64,000 bases of DNA from Candidatus Nanohalarchaeota archaeon (GTDB lineage: Archaea; Nanohalarchaeota; Nanosalinia; Nanosalinales; Nanosalinaceae): the NCBI GenBank assembly GCA_022729235.1, contig JALDAJ010000001.1, positions 288,001 to 352,000 on the forward strand, in the 5' to 3' direction. A program made the translations under genes and the position numbers. Below, piece after piece: positions 45,013 to 54,995 of this stretch (within the stretch, counting starts at the first letter, position 1; the number at the start of each line of letters is the position of its first letter). The notes beneath the pieces are model-generated. The model was not told the DNA's origin, ran no database searches, and saw nothing but the letters and a program-made list of their open reading frames with translations.

Positions 45013-46740
45013 ATGCGTTTCTGGAAGATCGCGGCTATATCACTAATCTTAACCATGTCTACAGGACTTGCTGCTGCCAGTCCAGCAGAAATGACGATTT
45101 TTCCGCAGGAATCAAGCGCGGAAATCAACTCTTTCACATCTTTCGAGATAACTGTAGAAAACACAGGTAACGTCGAAGACGTGTACACACTGCAACCAGA
45201 CGTGGAACAGGTAACAGTCGCGCCACAGGAAATCAGGCTGGATCCTGGTGAGCAGGAAACAGTACACGCATGGTACAACCCTGATGATACACAGGAAGCA
45301 GATACCTACTCATTTGAAGTCACCGCGACCTCCAGGGCTACAGGCGAAAGATACAGTGTTGGAGGGTTTGTTAACGTTATTACAGACCATGAAGTAAACC
45401 TCAACATTAATGACGCCTCGAGAACAGTCTGCCGGGGAGAAGTAGCACAGTACAATATCCAGGTAACCAACGACGGCATCCAGACCGAGGAATTCTCTCT
45501 TTCAACTCCAGTAGGACAGCTCTCCCAGGACACAGTCGAACTTGAGCCCGGAGAGACCGAGATAGTTGCTCTGACAGTCTCATCTGACGAAGCAACAGAC
45601 AGGAGCTTCAACGTTTTAGCATCCTCAACAACTAGTTACGCCGAGAACGCTATCAGCCTAAACTTTGAGGCAGAAACCTGCTACGCCTCAGATGTCTCGA
45701 TAGAGCCTGAATCACAGGAAGTAGGTGCATTCACCGAGGCAGAATACGAAATCGTTGTGGAAAATACAGGTACGAGGACAGATGAGTTCACCCTGTCAAC
45801 AGACATAGAAGAAATGGAAGAAGATACGGTAACTATAGAAGGCGGTTCCTCAGAAACAGTAACACTGTTCTACGTTCCCGAGGAACTTGGAACCCATGAG
45901 TTAACAGTTACAGCAGAAGGAATGTCCCAGAGTTCGGCTACTGCAACAGCCGAGGCATATAATGCGATGGACCTCGATCTGCAGTTCGACAGTGAGTCAA
46001 GAAGTGTATGTGAGAACGAAGAGGCCAGTTACATAGTCAACATAAGAAATACTGGGGAAGTAACCGAGACGTACACACTTGAGACTGATAGAGGAGAGCT
46101 TTCCGCTACAGAAGGCGAGCTAGCTCCTGGAGAATTAGGACAGGCAGAACTAGTAGTTGACACCACTGAACTCGAAACGGGAGAAACCTACGATGTACAG
46201 GTAGAAGGTACTGCCACAACATTTGGAGAACCATCAGCGACTGCAGATTCAGAACTCTCCGTTGAGAACTGCTGGGATCTTGAAATGGATGTCATACCTG
46301 AGAGAATGAGTGCAGGAGAGAACAGGAGCGTTATCTATGAGATTCAACTAGACAATACAGGAACACGAGAAAACACTTACCAGCTATCATACCAGGGACC
46401 TGACTGGATCTCCATAAGACCTGAAGAAGTAACAGTTGCCCCGGGCAACAGCGAAACCGCTTACATGTATGCAGGAATCCCATTTGAGGAAGAAGGAGAG
46501 GTCGGTATCAACGTCACCGCCGAAGGTGAACAGGTAAGCAGAACTGACTCTGTAACCCTGCTGATAGATGAAGAACTCCAGGAGTACATCGAAGACGGGA
46601 GGGATTTACTCACCGGTAGATTTACAGAAGCAGCCGCCATTATTTCCGATAGAGTCAGGGAAACAACCGACATCCAGCGAGCAATCCTATCCGTGATTGT
46701 AGGACTGGTGATTACACTGGCAGTTCTTTACAGCCAGTGA
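45013..46740 (+). CDS. COG1470-like Ig-repeat surface protein with C-terminal TM
   Basis: Signal peptide; five repeats of (Y/F)xIxVxN(T/D)Gxxx(D/E/N)x(Y/F)xL; C-terminal hydrophobic anchor. Confidence 0.85.
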   Translation: MRFWKIAAISLILTMSTGLAAASPAEMTIFPQESSAEINSFTSFEITVENTGNVEDVYTLQPDVEQVTVAPQEIRLDPGEQETVHAWYNPDDTQEADTYSFEVTATSRATGERYSVGGFVNVITDHEVNLNINDASRTVCRGEVAQYNIQVTNDGIQTEEFSLSTPVGQLSQDTVELEPGETEIVALTVSSDEATDRSFNVLASSTTSYAENAISLNFEAETCYASDVSIEPESQEVGAFTEAEYEIVVENTGTRTDEFTLSTDIEEMEEDTVTIEGGSSETVTLFYVPEELGTHELTVTAEGMSQSSATATAEAYNAMDLDLQFDSESRSVCENEEASYIVNIRNTGEVTETYTLETDRGELSATEGELAPGELGQAELVVDTTELETGETYDVQVEGTATTFGEPSATADSELSVENCWDLEMDVIPERMSAGENRSVIYEIQLDNTGTRENTYQLSYQGPDWISIRPEEVTVAPGNSETAYMYAGIPFEEEGEVGINVTAEGEQVSRTDSVTLLIDEELQEYIEDGRDLLTGRFTEAAAIISDRVRETTDIQRAILSVIVGLVITLAVLYSQ

Positions 46741-46777
46741 TTACAATCAATACGTGTCTTCCGGAAGCTCGATTAAG

Positions 46778-48352
46778 TCATCGTTGCTCTGTGAATACGT
46801 ACCGGATAGCCATCTTTCTCGCTCTATCATCATTCTCACTACCCTCGACCCTGAACCCTATCGTGTCAATCGAACCTATACTTACGATTTCATCTTGTAC
46901 CTCATTACCATTCTCATCGAATACTGTGACCTGGTAACCATAATCAGACCGTTCCAGCTCGTAGGTATAAAATCCTCCCATCCCAATAGTATCAAAACTT
47001 GCCTGTTCTTCTCCAGAGTCTCTAAGTGAAACTGTTGCAGGGTCATCGGCATCCCAGTCAGTCTTTAATTCAAATCTCATACGTTCAACTTGATAACCGT
47101 CATCGGTCAGGCTTGCCCTGACCTCTATAACATCATCGCTATTGCTGTCAATTTTGAACTCCATGCCTTCATCCTCAACCGAAGGTCTCCAGCTTGCTAC
47201 CTGCCAGTCCTCGTATTCAACGTATTCAAGATCGTCAACGTCATCAGCCATGTAGACATCCCAGTCCTGGCTTATAGAGTACCGCTTGTTGTATGCACCA
47301 GGGTATAGCAGATCCTGGGTGAAACCATCTCCTACCCAGATGTGCTCGGTCTTCGTCACCCTTATACCGTCGCCAGGAGTGTTATCCTCTGCGTATGCCG
47401 TAACACCGTATCTTCCCAGCTCATCCATCACTTCCTCAACGCTCTCAGTTCTATTTTCTATATCCTCAAATCCAATACTGCTTTTCGCGTCAAACTCTCC
47501 GCCACCGTCATAGTTCTCAATCCTGAACTCCAGCTCCTCATCGTATTCAGCTGCGAGGCTAGGCTTGACCAAGTCAAAATCTGGAGCCTGGAAGCTGAGA
47601 GTCTTCTCATCGTCCAAATCTTCCTCGTATACCGTGAACGAGTAGACTGCCCCTGGCTCGACATTGAAATAGTACTGATCCCCGCTCTCATCTAAATCGC
47701 CGGCATTTTTCACATCGTACTCATCAACTACCAGCTCGTAATCGTAATCCGATTCATCAGTCCTCTGTACCGTAAACTCATGATCATAGGCACAGGTTCC
47801 CGACTCCTCTCCAAATCCTTCTTCACACGGCTCGCTCTCCCAGACATCCTCACTGCCTTCTTCACAGTAATACCACCTATCATCCTTAACCATACCTTCT
47901 CGGAAGTACGTCTCATCCTCTCCACAATCCCCTCCTATCGTCCCGTAATGACTCCAGTCAAGTGAGGTATCTCGAAGTGTCGAGGGCATATCTCCTGACA
48001 CCAAATCAGCCAGTCGGTTCCGGAGTTCTCCAACGTTTTCGGAGGCTGCATCCTTTAGAACTGAAACAGCATAGTTCCTTGAAAAGTCAATCTCCTCATC
48101 CAAACACTGACCTATCTCACTTGTCACGTACTTTCGACAGCCGTGAAGACCGAGGAGAAAGTCCATGTTTTCATCTGTATAAGGAGGATTCTCATATTTC
48201 TCGTATCCGTAAAGCCCCAGCAAGAGTTCGTTGTCTATCTCTAGATCGTCCAAGTCAGAAGGACTTATGTCCGGAGCTTGAGAGGTAGCGAAAGGTAAGG
48301 ATAACCCGATTATAAGAAACAGAGCAAGGAATCTCCGCGAAATATGTCTCAC
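46778..48352 (-). CDS. Secreted acidic protein
   Basis: Signal peptide, Cys-rich middle, beta-rich C-terminus; GTGA overlap with the upstream lipoprotein gene. Confidence 0.75.
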   Translation of the reverse strand: MRHISRRFLALFLIIGLSLPFATSQAPDISPSDLDDLEIDNELLLGLYGYEKYENPPYTDENMDFLLGLHGCRKYVTSEIGQCLDEEIDFSRNYAVSVLKDAASENVGELRNRLADLVSGDMPSTLRDTSLDWSHYGTIGGDCGEDETYFREGMVKDDRWYYCEEGSEDVWESEPCEEGFGEESGTCAYDHEFTVQRTDESDYDYELVVDEYDVKNAGDLDESGDQYYFNVEPGAVYSFTVYEEDLDDEKTLSFQAPDFDLVKPSLAAEYDEELEFRIENYDGGGEFDAKSSIGFEDIENRTESVEEVMDELGRYGVTAYAEDNTPGDGIRVTKTEHIWVGDGFTQDLLYPGAYNKRYSISQDWDVYMADDVDDLEYVEYEDWQVASWRPSVEDEGMEFKIDSNSDDVIEVRASLTDDGYQVERMRFELKTDWDADDPATVSLRDSGEEQASFDTIGMGGFYTYELERSDYGYQVTVFDENGNEVQDEIVSIGSIDTIGFRVEGSENDDRARKMAIRYVFTEQR

Positions 48353-49461
48353 CTCTCTTCACATTCAGGATTAAATGCTGGAGAGCTCCCTTTTAGTTCT
48401 TGGCAGACTGCATCTTCTGCCTCTTCATCACCGTAATCATCCGAACTATATCCATCTATTAATGCGACTGTCTCATCCCAGTCCCCCTGGGAAGCAACAT
48501 ACCGGTATTCAAGGTCATCTCCCTCACTGCCGCCCTCACTATCATCGTGTGTTGGCTGGGTGCCTGTCCCCCTGACTGTTACAGAGGTGTGTTCTTCCTT
48601 GTAGTAGTTGTAACTTGCTGTTATGGTTAGAGGTACTGTTGTCTGCGTATCGTCCTGTGGGTCGAAGTCTACATCAGAAATCTCGTAGGTCTGGAATCCA
48701 CGGGCTCCCCCGATAAGTTCCACGGTTTCATCACCATCCATTGGCTCAAGGTTTATATCCTCGGTTGCTGATACGCCGAGCTTGACTTTATCATCGTCCT
48801 CGTAGTATTCATCTCCCAGGTAAGGCGTTCCCCCACCTTCATTTCTTACAACGACTCTCAAGTCGTGCGTTACGTCTTCACCCCTGTATTCTATCGGGGT
48901 CCGGGTCTGGACCTCCATATGGATCGGACCATCAGAATTCTGTGTTGTCGGTCGGGAGAAACCTACTCCTGTCTCCCTGAACCTCCTTTCACTCATTATC
49001 TGTATTTCCGTACTGGCGGAGTTCTCGTAACCGAACATTATCCTTGCTGCCACAGGATAAGGAATATTCTCGTTATCACCCAGGTTTGGAGGAGTCATCG
49101 TCTTGACTTCGTGGTACTCCATAGCCTCCATCCCTGCATCAGGGTCAGCAGGATTCAAACTACCAAACTCAAAGTCGCCGTCGTCCTGCACCTCCCACCC
49201 CCTGTTTTCGGGTGCGCCCATCGTAAGGTCGAATATCTCTGCCTCAACTTCCGTGGCTTCAGCTTCTCCGGCGTTTCTAAGTGTCAACTGTAGCGTGGCT
49301 CTCTGGTTGTCATAGACTGTGCCCGGGGAAGCATTGAAACCGACTACTTCAACAGCGGTTGCGGAGGAGTCTATATCGTTTTCCGTATCGGTACATCCTG
49401 CCGCGACAACTGTGAGAGCTACGAATATAAGCACTATCTTTGACTTCTCCAGCTTTATCAC
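48349..49461 (-). CDS. Lipoprotein, double beta-sandwich family paralog
   Basis: AAGC lipobox; MFGYENSA...SDGP...ASYNY. Confidence 0.8.
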   Translation of the reverse strand: MIKLEKSKIVLIFVALTVVAAGCTDTENDIDSSATAVEVVGFNASPGTVYDNQRATLQLTLRNAGEAEATEVEAEIFDLTMGAPENRGWEVQDDGDFEFGSLNPADPDAGMEAMEYHEVKTMTPPNLGDNENIPYPVAARIMFGYENSASTEIQIMSERRFRETGVGFSRPTTQNSDGPIHMEVQTRTPIEYRGEDVTHDLRVVVRNEGGGTPYLGDEYYEDDDKVKLGVSATEDINLEPMDGDETVELIGGARGFQTYEISDVDFDPQDDTQTTVPLTITASYNYYKEEHTSVTVRGTGTQPTHDDSEGGSEGDDLEYRYVASQGDWDETVALIDGYSSDDYGDEEAEDAVCQELKGSSPAFNPECEER

Positions 49462-50255
49462 GGCTTAGCTACCTCTATATCAAGGCTTGGTGATTTGACG
49501 TATTTATAAGATGTGGAGAAGATCAGGCTCCTCGTGACCCGGGGCTCTTCCTCTGAGCTTACCTCGCAGGTGAATTCCGCTATTCCTTCTGCTACGACCG
49601 GTTCTATTTCTGTGTCGCAGTCCTCAAATATTTCGGAAGGCTGGTACTCCATCGAGTAATTAGATACAATATTACCCGGTCCTTCTGGCGTTATCCTGAA
49701 GTCTACAAAACCTCTATCTGCGGGCATAGGCTCCCGGTAGGAAACTGTTACCTCTACCTCCCCGTTTGAATACTCCTCGACGCGCTCCGTCCTTTCGTCT
49801 ATATCCTGTGCAGGTCTGAACTCTATCGGTACAGGAGAATCCTTGTTCGACAGCTCGGAGTCGTAATCAAGGTTGAGCTGGAACGTTAACGGTCGAGAAC
49901 TGAATCCGGAGAGATCTGGTGGTGCCGTTACAATCCAGCTACATTCCATCCGGGGCGTGAAGTCTTCATCCGCAGATTCTATAGTCTCAGGGGTACAGGA
50001 TTTATCCCCGACTTCAAGGAAGGCGGTGTTGTATATAGATATCTCGTTTATCTCCACGTCACCCGTGTTGTGGTTCTCCAGCATCAGGTCTATACGTGCC
50101 TGTTGATTTGTTGTCATATGAGGATCGGAGATATCGAACTCCACTATCTGGAGACTTCCTTTATCTGTACCACCTATATCCGGCCCTGCGCCATTATCGA
50201 TGCAGCCTGAAGCAGCTATAACCAGTGCGATAGCGAGTACCGGTCGGCTATCCAC
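49458..50255 (-). CDS. Lipoprotein, double beta-sandwich family paralog
   Basis: ASGC lipobox; LDYDS...SNGE...TSYKY. Confidence 0.8.
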   Translation of the reverse strand: MDSRPVLAIALVIAASGCIDNGAGPDIGGTDKGSLQIVEFDISDPHMTTNQQARIDLMLENHNTGDVEINEISIYNTAFLEVGDKSCTPETIESADEDFTPRMECSWIVTAPPDLSGFSSRPLTFQLNLDYDSELSNKDSPVPIEFRPAQDIDERTERVEEYSNGEVEVTVSYREPMPADRGFVDFRITPEGPGNIVSNYSMEYQPSEIFEDCDTEIEPVVAEGIAEFTCEVSSEEEPRVTRSLIFSTSYKYVKSPSLDIEVAKP

Positions 50256-51327
50256 GGGGCTCCACCTCGACCCTCCTCGAACCTATGTCCTTAACGTAAG
50301 TATAGTTTACCCTGGCGAACACCTCTGACATATCCGCCGGATCTTCTAAGTCATCACTTGATGGAACGGGTAAACTACAGGTTATAGGGCGTGACTGTCC
50401 CTCGAACATCCTAAGCTCTTCATCGTTACCGATGTCACACCAGGGACCCTCATCACCATAGTCCTGGAAATTATCCCATTCCCTGTTAGATACCAGACGG
50501 AGTTCAGAATCGCCTGTATAGCTCACTGTCATCGCGTCACCACCTGAGAACTGGGGGAGTTTAAAACCTTCTCCGTCCTCATCCTCTTCTATCCTGTCGA
50601 AGCCTTCATCCAGTTTGAGAGGTTCAGTAGCTCTTACAGACAGGCTTTCCTCGTCGATATCAACGATTCCCTTGGCATATCCCTGTTCGCCCTGGTTCTC
50701 CAGTTGCAAAATAATATCCATATAGCTGTCCCTGTCAGCGATAAAGGTCGCAGGTCTTTCAGCTGTACCGCCCCGTGTATCTATCCGGAACAGCAGAGGT
50801 CCAGAGGACGACATCGAGTGAAGCTCGGGCGATCCCTGTACCTGCTGACTTCGTTTTATCTGCACCTGTCTGTACGCACTCACACTGTAGTCGAACTCCA
50901 TCTCGAACTCGAAATCACACCTGTCTCCAATAGTAGGTATATCTCCGTCCTGGTTCAGTCTCCAGCTTAATCTAAGCTCCTGTCTGGGCTGCAGAGTTAC
51001 AGTCTGTGTATCCTCATCATAGTCTCCAGAAGTCATAACATCAAAATCTGTTCTGTCAAATTCAAACAGGTCGCGGCAGTAGTTTTTCAGGACTTCACGC
51101 CCTCTCTCATCGTCACCCAGGCGTACGTCTGCAGGGAGGAGCCCTACATTAGCGACCTCCAGTTCGGCAGTAACTGTTGCATCCTCGTGTATCTCACCGG
51201 GTGTAACGGATAGGCTGTGGACTGCGATAGCCTGTGAGGACTCCTGATGGGTGCCGTTAACTTCTATACACCCTGAAGCGATAACGGCGAGAAACAACAG
51301 ACTTAAAGCTGCTTTCCGGCTCTCCAT
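50248..51327 (-). CDS. Lipoprotein, double beta-sandwich family paralog
   Basis: ATG at 51327 (MESRKAALSLLFLAVIASGC); EFDYSVSA...SSGP...VNYTY. Confidence 0.8.
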   Translation of the reverse strand: MESRKAALSLLFLAVIASGCIEVNGTHQESSQAIAVHSLSVTPGEIHEDATVTAELEVANVGLLPADVRLGDDERGREVLKNYCRDLFEFDRTDFDVMTSGDYDEDTQTVTLQPRQELRLSWRLNQDGDIPTIGDRCDFEFEMEFDYSVSAYRQVQIKRSQQVQGSPELHSMSSSGPLLFRIDTRGGTAERPATFIADRDSYMDIILQLENQGEQGYAKGIVDIDEESLSVRATEPLKLDEGFDRIEEDEDGEGFKLPQFSGGDAMTVSYTGDSELRLVSNREWDNFQDYGDEGPWCDIGNDEELRMFEGQSRPITCSLPVPSSDDLEDPADMSEVFARVNYTYVKDIGSRRVEVEPRG

Positions 51328-51333
51328 ATTATA

Positions 51334-52128
51334 ATGGGTATATTTTCCGCGGTTAAAAGCTTTGTAGTAGAAAACTTCTGGCACCCTGCAACAGGTATAG
51401 CAGGACCATATAACGTATTCAATACTTCTGTCTATGCCGTATTGTTTGCAGTTGCAGCAGCTTATCTCGGCTATCCCTTACTGAATAAGCTCGGCGTCGC
51501 ACTTGACAGGCGTTTCTTCATCGGTATCACACCGTTCGTGTTTCTCGGAGGTGCGACAAGAGTCCTCCATGACCGGGCGGTAATCGATTCCGTACTACTG
51601 GTGACTCCATTTATCTATATCATCATGTTCTTCCTGACTGTTTCACTGCTTTTTGCATCACTCTACTTATTTGGTGACGACTACTACAGACCCCTAGCCG
51701 GTGCAGGATCGGCACTATTACTCGCCGTACTAAGTCTTTACAGCTACAGCAACCTGGGTGCGCTGGCGCTTACACTGGGCATACTCTCCACGGTACTGGT
51801 TACAGGATACTTCCTCCTGAAACACACCCGTCCCGACCTCCTGACCTACAGCTTCGGTATTCCTGTAGTAGCGCATTACTGGGACGCATCCACGACAATT
51901 GTAGCCCTACGTTTTGGAGCGACGGAGAAGCACGTGCTCGCGAACTTCTTCATCGACCTGATGGGCTCCAGCGGGATGATAGTTATGAAGACTCTAGTGA
52001 TTGTGCCCGCGGTCTACTACATAGACAGGGAACTGGAAGGTGACGAGAAACAGTACTATCTCTTCCTCATCGCCCTACTGGGAATCGCGCTGGGAGTGAG
52101 AAACATTCTATCCGTGATGTCGGTCTAA
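51334..52128 (+). CDS. DUF63 family membrane protein
   Basis: YNVFNTSVYA, PFVFLGGATRV, TPFIY, HYWDASTT, EKHVL and LGVRN motifs. Confidence 0.85.
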   Translation: MGIFSAVKSFVVENFWHPATGIAGPYNVFNTSVYAVLFAVAAAYLGYPLLNKLGVALDRRFFIGITPFVFLGGATRVLHDRAVIDSVLLVTPFIYIIMFFLTVSLLFASLYLFGDDYYRPLAGAGSALLLAVLSLYSYSNLGALALTLGILSTVLVTGYFLLKHTRPDLLTYSFGIPVVAHYWDASTTIVALRFGATEKHVLANFFIDLMGSSGMIVMKTLVIVPAVYYIDRELEGDEKQYYLFLIALLGIALGVRNILSVMSV

Positions 52129-54995
52129 GGCATACAGTAAGTTATAGGACCAATACTGTCGCAACCTGTCAAAGCAGCTCCGTCCTCCGAGCCCTCCCCC
52201 GAGCCATCACCACAGTCTGTATCAGCAGTGTACCCGAGCAGTCTGGTTCTAGAATCTTCTTCATACTCCTGTAGAGTCTCCTCACACAGAACTCCTTCCT
52301 CGACTTCGACCTCTCCACCTGTCTCCAGAAGGATGAAGTCCTCACCCGTGCTCATGAACTCCCAGTCATCAGGATCTATACCTGTCGCTACTTCCTGCTT
52401 GTGATCATCCACCGTGATGTCTCCAACATCGTCCTCTCCCAGTATCTCAGCAAGACCAGGTCCGAAGTTGTATCCAACAAAATCCTCCTTTATCCATACC
52501 AGATCGATTGCAACTTCTCTGCTTTCAATCCTTGCCTCCCTCCCATCTACATCTTCTAGAGGCGTTCTATCCCAGCGATGCTCTCCGTCAGAAGGACCGC
52601 TTACCGCGGTACATCCGATACGAGTATCAATAATCCCGCTGCACTCCGTCATCCATGGATAATCCGCGCCTTCCTTATCACTTCCATTGTACTGCTCGGT
52701 GACCAGTAGCGGGCAGTTGTAACGCGAACCGCAATGCCTGTTATATATTTCAAAACTATCCATCCTTTCCTCTACCGCGACAGTGTAATTAGCCAGGGCG
52801 CGCATCCTGAGCGTCTCCCCGGTCTGGCTTATGTCGTCCGGATTCGATAGCATCATCCAACACGGGAACATGTCGGGCTCGTCGTAGGTCTCGAACCATA
52901 TCCTGTTACCTTCATCATCTTTCAACAGGGTATCGGCGACACTAGAATCAAGCTCCATCATGTTCTCTCCCTCAACCTCCTTGTCAAACGCACACTCATA
53001 TGGACCAGGATCATCCTCCTCCTGCTCTCTCAGCATATTTTCGTACGGCTCAGTCGCATTCGATTTCTCAAAAACGATGCCCTGGACCTGGTACCTGATC
53101 CCGAACCTGTCCGAATTGAGCCCGACATCAACAGCGAACGGGTCAGAGGCATCTATAGGATTTTCCGTAGGCACCATGTCTTCAAAGTAGGTAACCGGTG
53201 ATTCAACCTCTAGCGCTGCCTGAACCGGGGTGTCAGCGGTCTCCGCTACTCTCGTCTCCGTGGTTATCTCCTCCGTAAGCACCAGGTGCTCCTCGTCCAT
53301 CGCCCGGAAGTCCAGTACGCTCTCGGACTCATAGTCATACTTGACTTCCATCATAACCGTCCTGTGTACTCCCAGCGATGGCTGTAGCATCTCGCAATCC
53401 CTGAACGTGAGTCCGTCCCCGAGCTCCTCATCCGCAACCAGGTATCTTGTTCCTGCTGTAGCGGTGCCCGGATATAGATCATTCCCTGTAAACTCTTTTC
53501 CTCTATCCTCTACTCCTCTCGCGTCATGCGCGTTGATTCCTCTCCAGCCGGTGTCACAGTACTCCTGATCACTGTCTATCACTCTTATCCGGTAGCTGAC
53601 ATTCTCAGCAGGAATCCCGTACACCCCATATCTCGGATTCGAAATCCTGAAACTGACCGGGATTTGGTGATCCATATTCCCTCTTCTACCTACCTCTATA
53701 CGTTCACCCTGACCTACCTCGAACCCATCTATCTCCAGGCCGAATTTATCCCCTACTGCTTTAGAGGTAGGTCTCTGGGTGTTGTTCGCCGCCCACTGCC
53801 TGTAACACGCGGTTGCTGCTTCAGGGTCCATAGGATTGTTTATATAACAGGATGCACGGTTGCTCACCTGGAAACCTACGCCCTGCAACGGCGCGAACTC
53901 CGTCTCTATTCCTGCGAGGTGTCTATCCTCGAACTGACTGGTATAATGTTCCCCTACACCCAGGATCCCGGCTGCAAACCCTAGTATGTAAGGACCGGTA
54001 AAGTAGAGGAAAGTAAAGTATACAACAGTAATAATTACACCCGTCCAGAAGAACACTACAAATCCAATCGCGACTAAAAAGACGAGCGACCAGAAAATAG
54101 CCCATAAAATCGCAACTATCACGATTAAGATAGTTCCGCCGGAAGCACCTACAGCACCTCCTGCTCCTGCAACAGCACTTCCTTCTCCTACTACACTGGT
54201 CGCGGCAGTCCTGGCACCCTGTTTAGCAGCCTGTCCAGCCGCCTTTTTGACCGTCTGTTTCCCTGCCTGCTTCTCAAACTCTTTCATTGCCTGATTAACT
54301 CCCTTTTTACCTGCCTGTCTTGCTTCTTTCTTTGCCCTGTCGGCTACAAGATCTGAAGCCTCATTCATCTTACTCCTGAGCATACTGCCTCCAAGAGGCA
54401 AATGCTTCTCCGCACTCCTACCTATATTATTGAATGTCTCCAGGATGTCATGCGGTATTATCGAACCCCTGCTCCCTGACGGAGCCTTCGCCACTGCATC
54501 CATATCGCCCTTAAAGAACTTCGCTGCAAACGTGAAACTAACGAAACCGAAAACTGCGGGAAGCAGCCACATCAAAAGACCTGCAACGCTCATTATACCT
54601 CCGCCAATAAAACTCATTCCGATACCGGAACCTATCATATCAAATCCTGCTTCAAAGAACGGTCGTCCTAAAACAAGAAAGAAACCGGCGTAGGAACAAA
54701 GGATAACAGTGCCAGCCAAAACCCTGTGGTCCGTCGCCGCACCATAACCTTTCTGCCAGAATTCGACTGCTTTACGCTCGCTCCTGAGCAGTACATAAAT
54801 CGGGAGCTGGACAAATATCCAGATAGGGATTCTGAAATACACAAGATAGCAGAGTCTTGCAGCCAGACCTGCTGAGAAAATTACCACGCCAAGAACTATT
54901 CTACCTCCTCTATACAAGAACACGTATATGAATAAAGGCGCCATCGCGAATGGCAGGCTGATAAGGACTAACAGTAACCATCCCCACCACTTCAC
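52125..54995 (-). CDS. 956-aa multi-TM protein with a large extracellular domain related to the lipoprotein array
   Basis: Several N-terminal TMs, a Lys/Ala/Gly-rich segment, then VKYDYESES...ADTPV...ANYTV and a Cys-rich tail. Confidence 0.8.
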   Translation of the reverse strand: MKWWGWLLLVLISLPFAMAPLFIYVFLYRGGRIVLGVVIFSAGLAARLCYLVYFRIPIWIFVQLPIYVLLRSERKAVEFWQKGYGAATDHRVLAGTVILCSYAGFFLVLGRPFFEAGFDMIGSGIGMSFIGGGIMSVAGLLMWLLPAVFGFVSFTFAAKFFKGDMDAVAKAPSGSRGSIIPHDILETFNNIGRSAEKHLPLGGSMLRSKMNEASDLVADRAKKEARQAGKKGVNQAMKEFEKQAGKQTVKKAAGQAAKQGARTAATSVVGEGSAVAGAGGAVGASGGTILIVIVAILWAIFWSLVFLVAIGFVVFFWTGVIITVVYFTFLYFTGPYILGFAAGILGVGEHYTSQFEDRHLAGIETEFAPLQGVGFQVSNRASCYINNPMDPEAATACYRQWAANNTQRPTSKAVGDKFGLEIDGFEVGQGERIEVGRRGNMDHQIPVSFRISNPRYGVYGIPAENVSYRIRVIDSDQEYCDTGWRGINAHDARGVEDRGKEFTGNDLYPGTATAGTRYLVADEELGDGLTFRDCEMLQPSLGVHRTVMMEVKYDYESESVLDFRAMDEEHLVLTEEITTETRVAETADTPVQAALEVESPVTYFEDMVPTENPIDASDPFAVDVGLNSDRFGIRYQVQGIVFEKSNATEPYENMLREQEEDDPGPYECAFDKEVEGENMMELDSSVADTLLKDDEGNRIWFETYDEPDMFPCWMMLSNPDDISQTGETLRMRALANYTVAVEERMDSFEIYNRHCGSRYNCPLLVTEQYNGSDKEGADYPWMTECSGIIDTRIGCTAVSGPSDGEHRWDRTPLEDVDGREARIESREVAIDLVWIKEDFVGYNFGPGLAEILGEDDVGDITVDDHKQEVATGIDPDDWEFMSTGEDFILLETGGEVEVEEGVLCEETLQEYEEDSRTRLLGYTADTDCGDGSGEGSEDGAALTGCDSIGPITYCMP

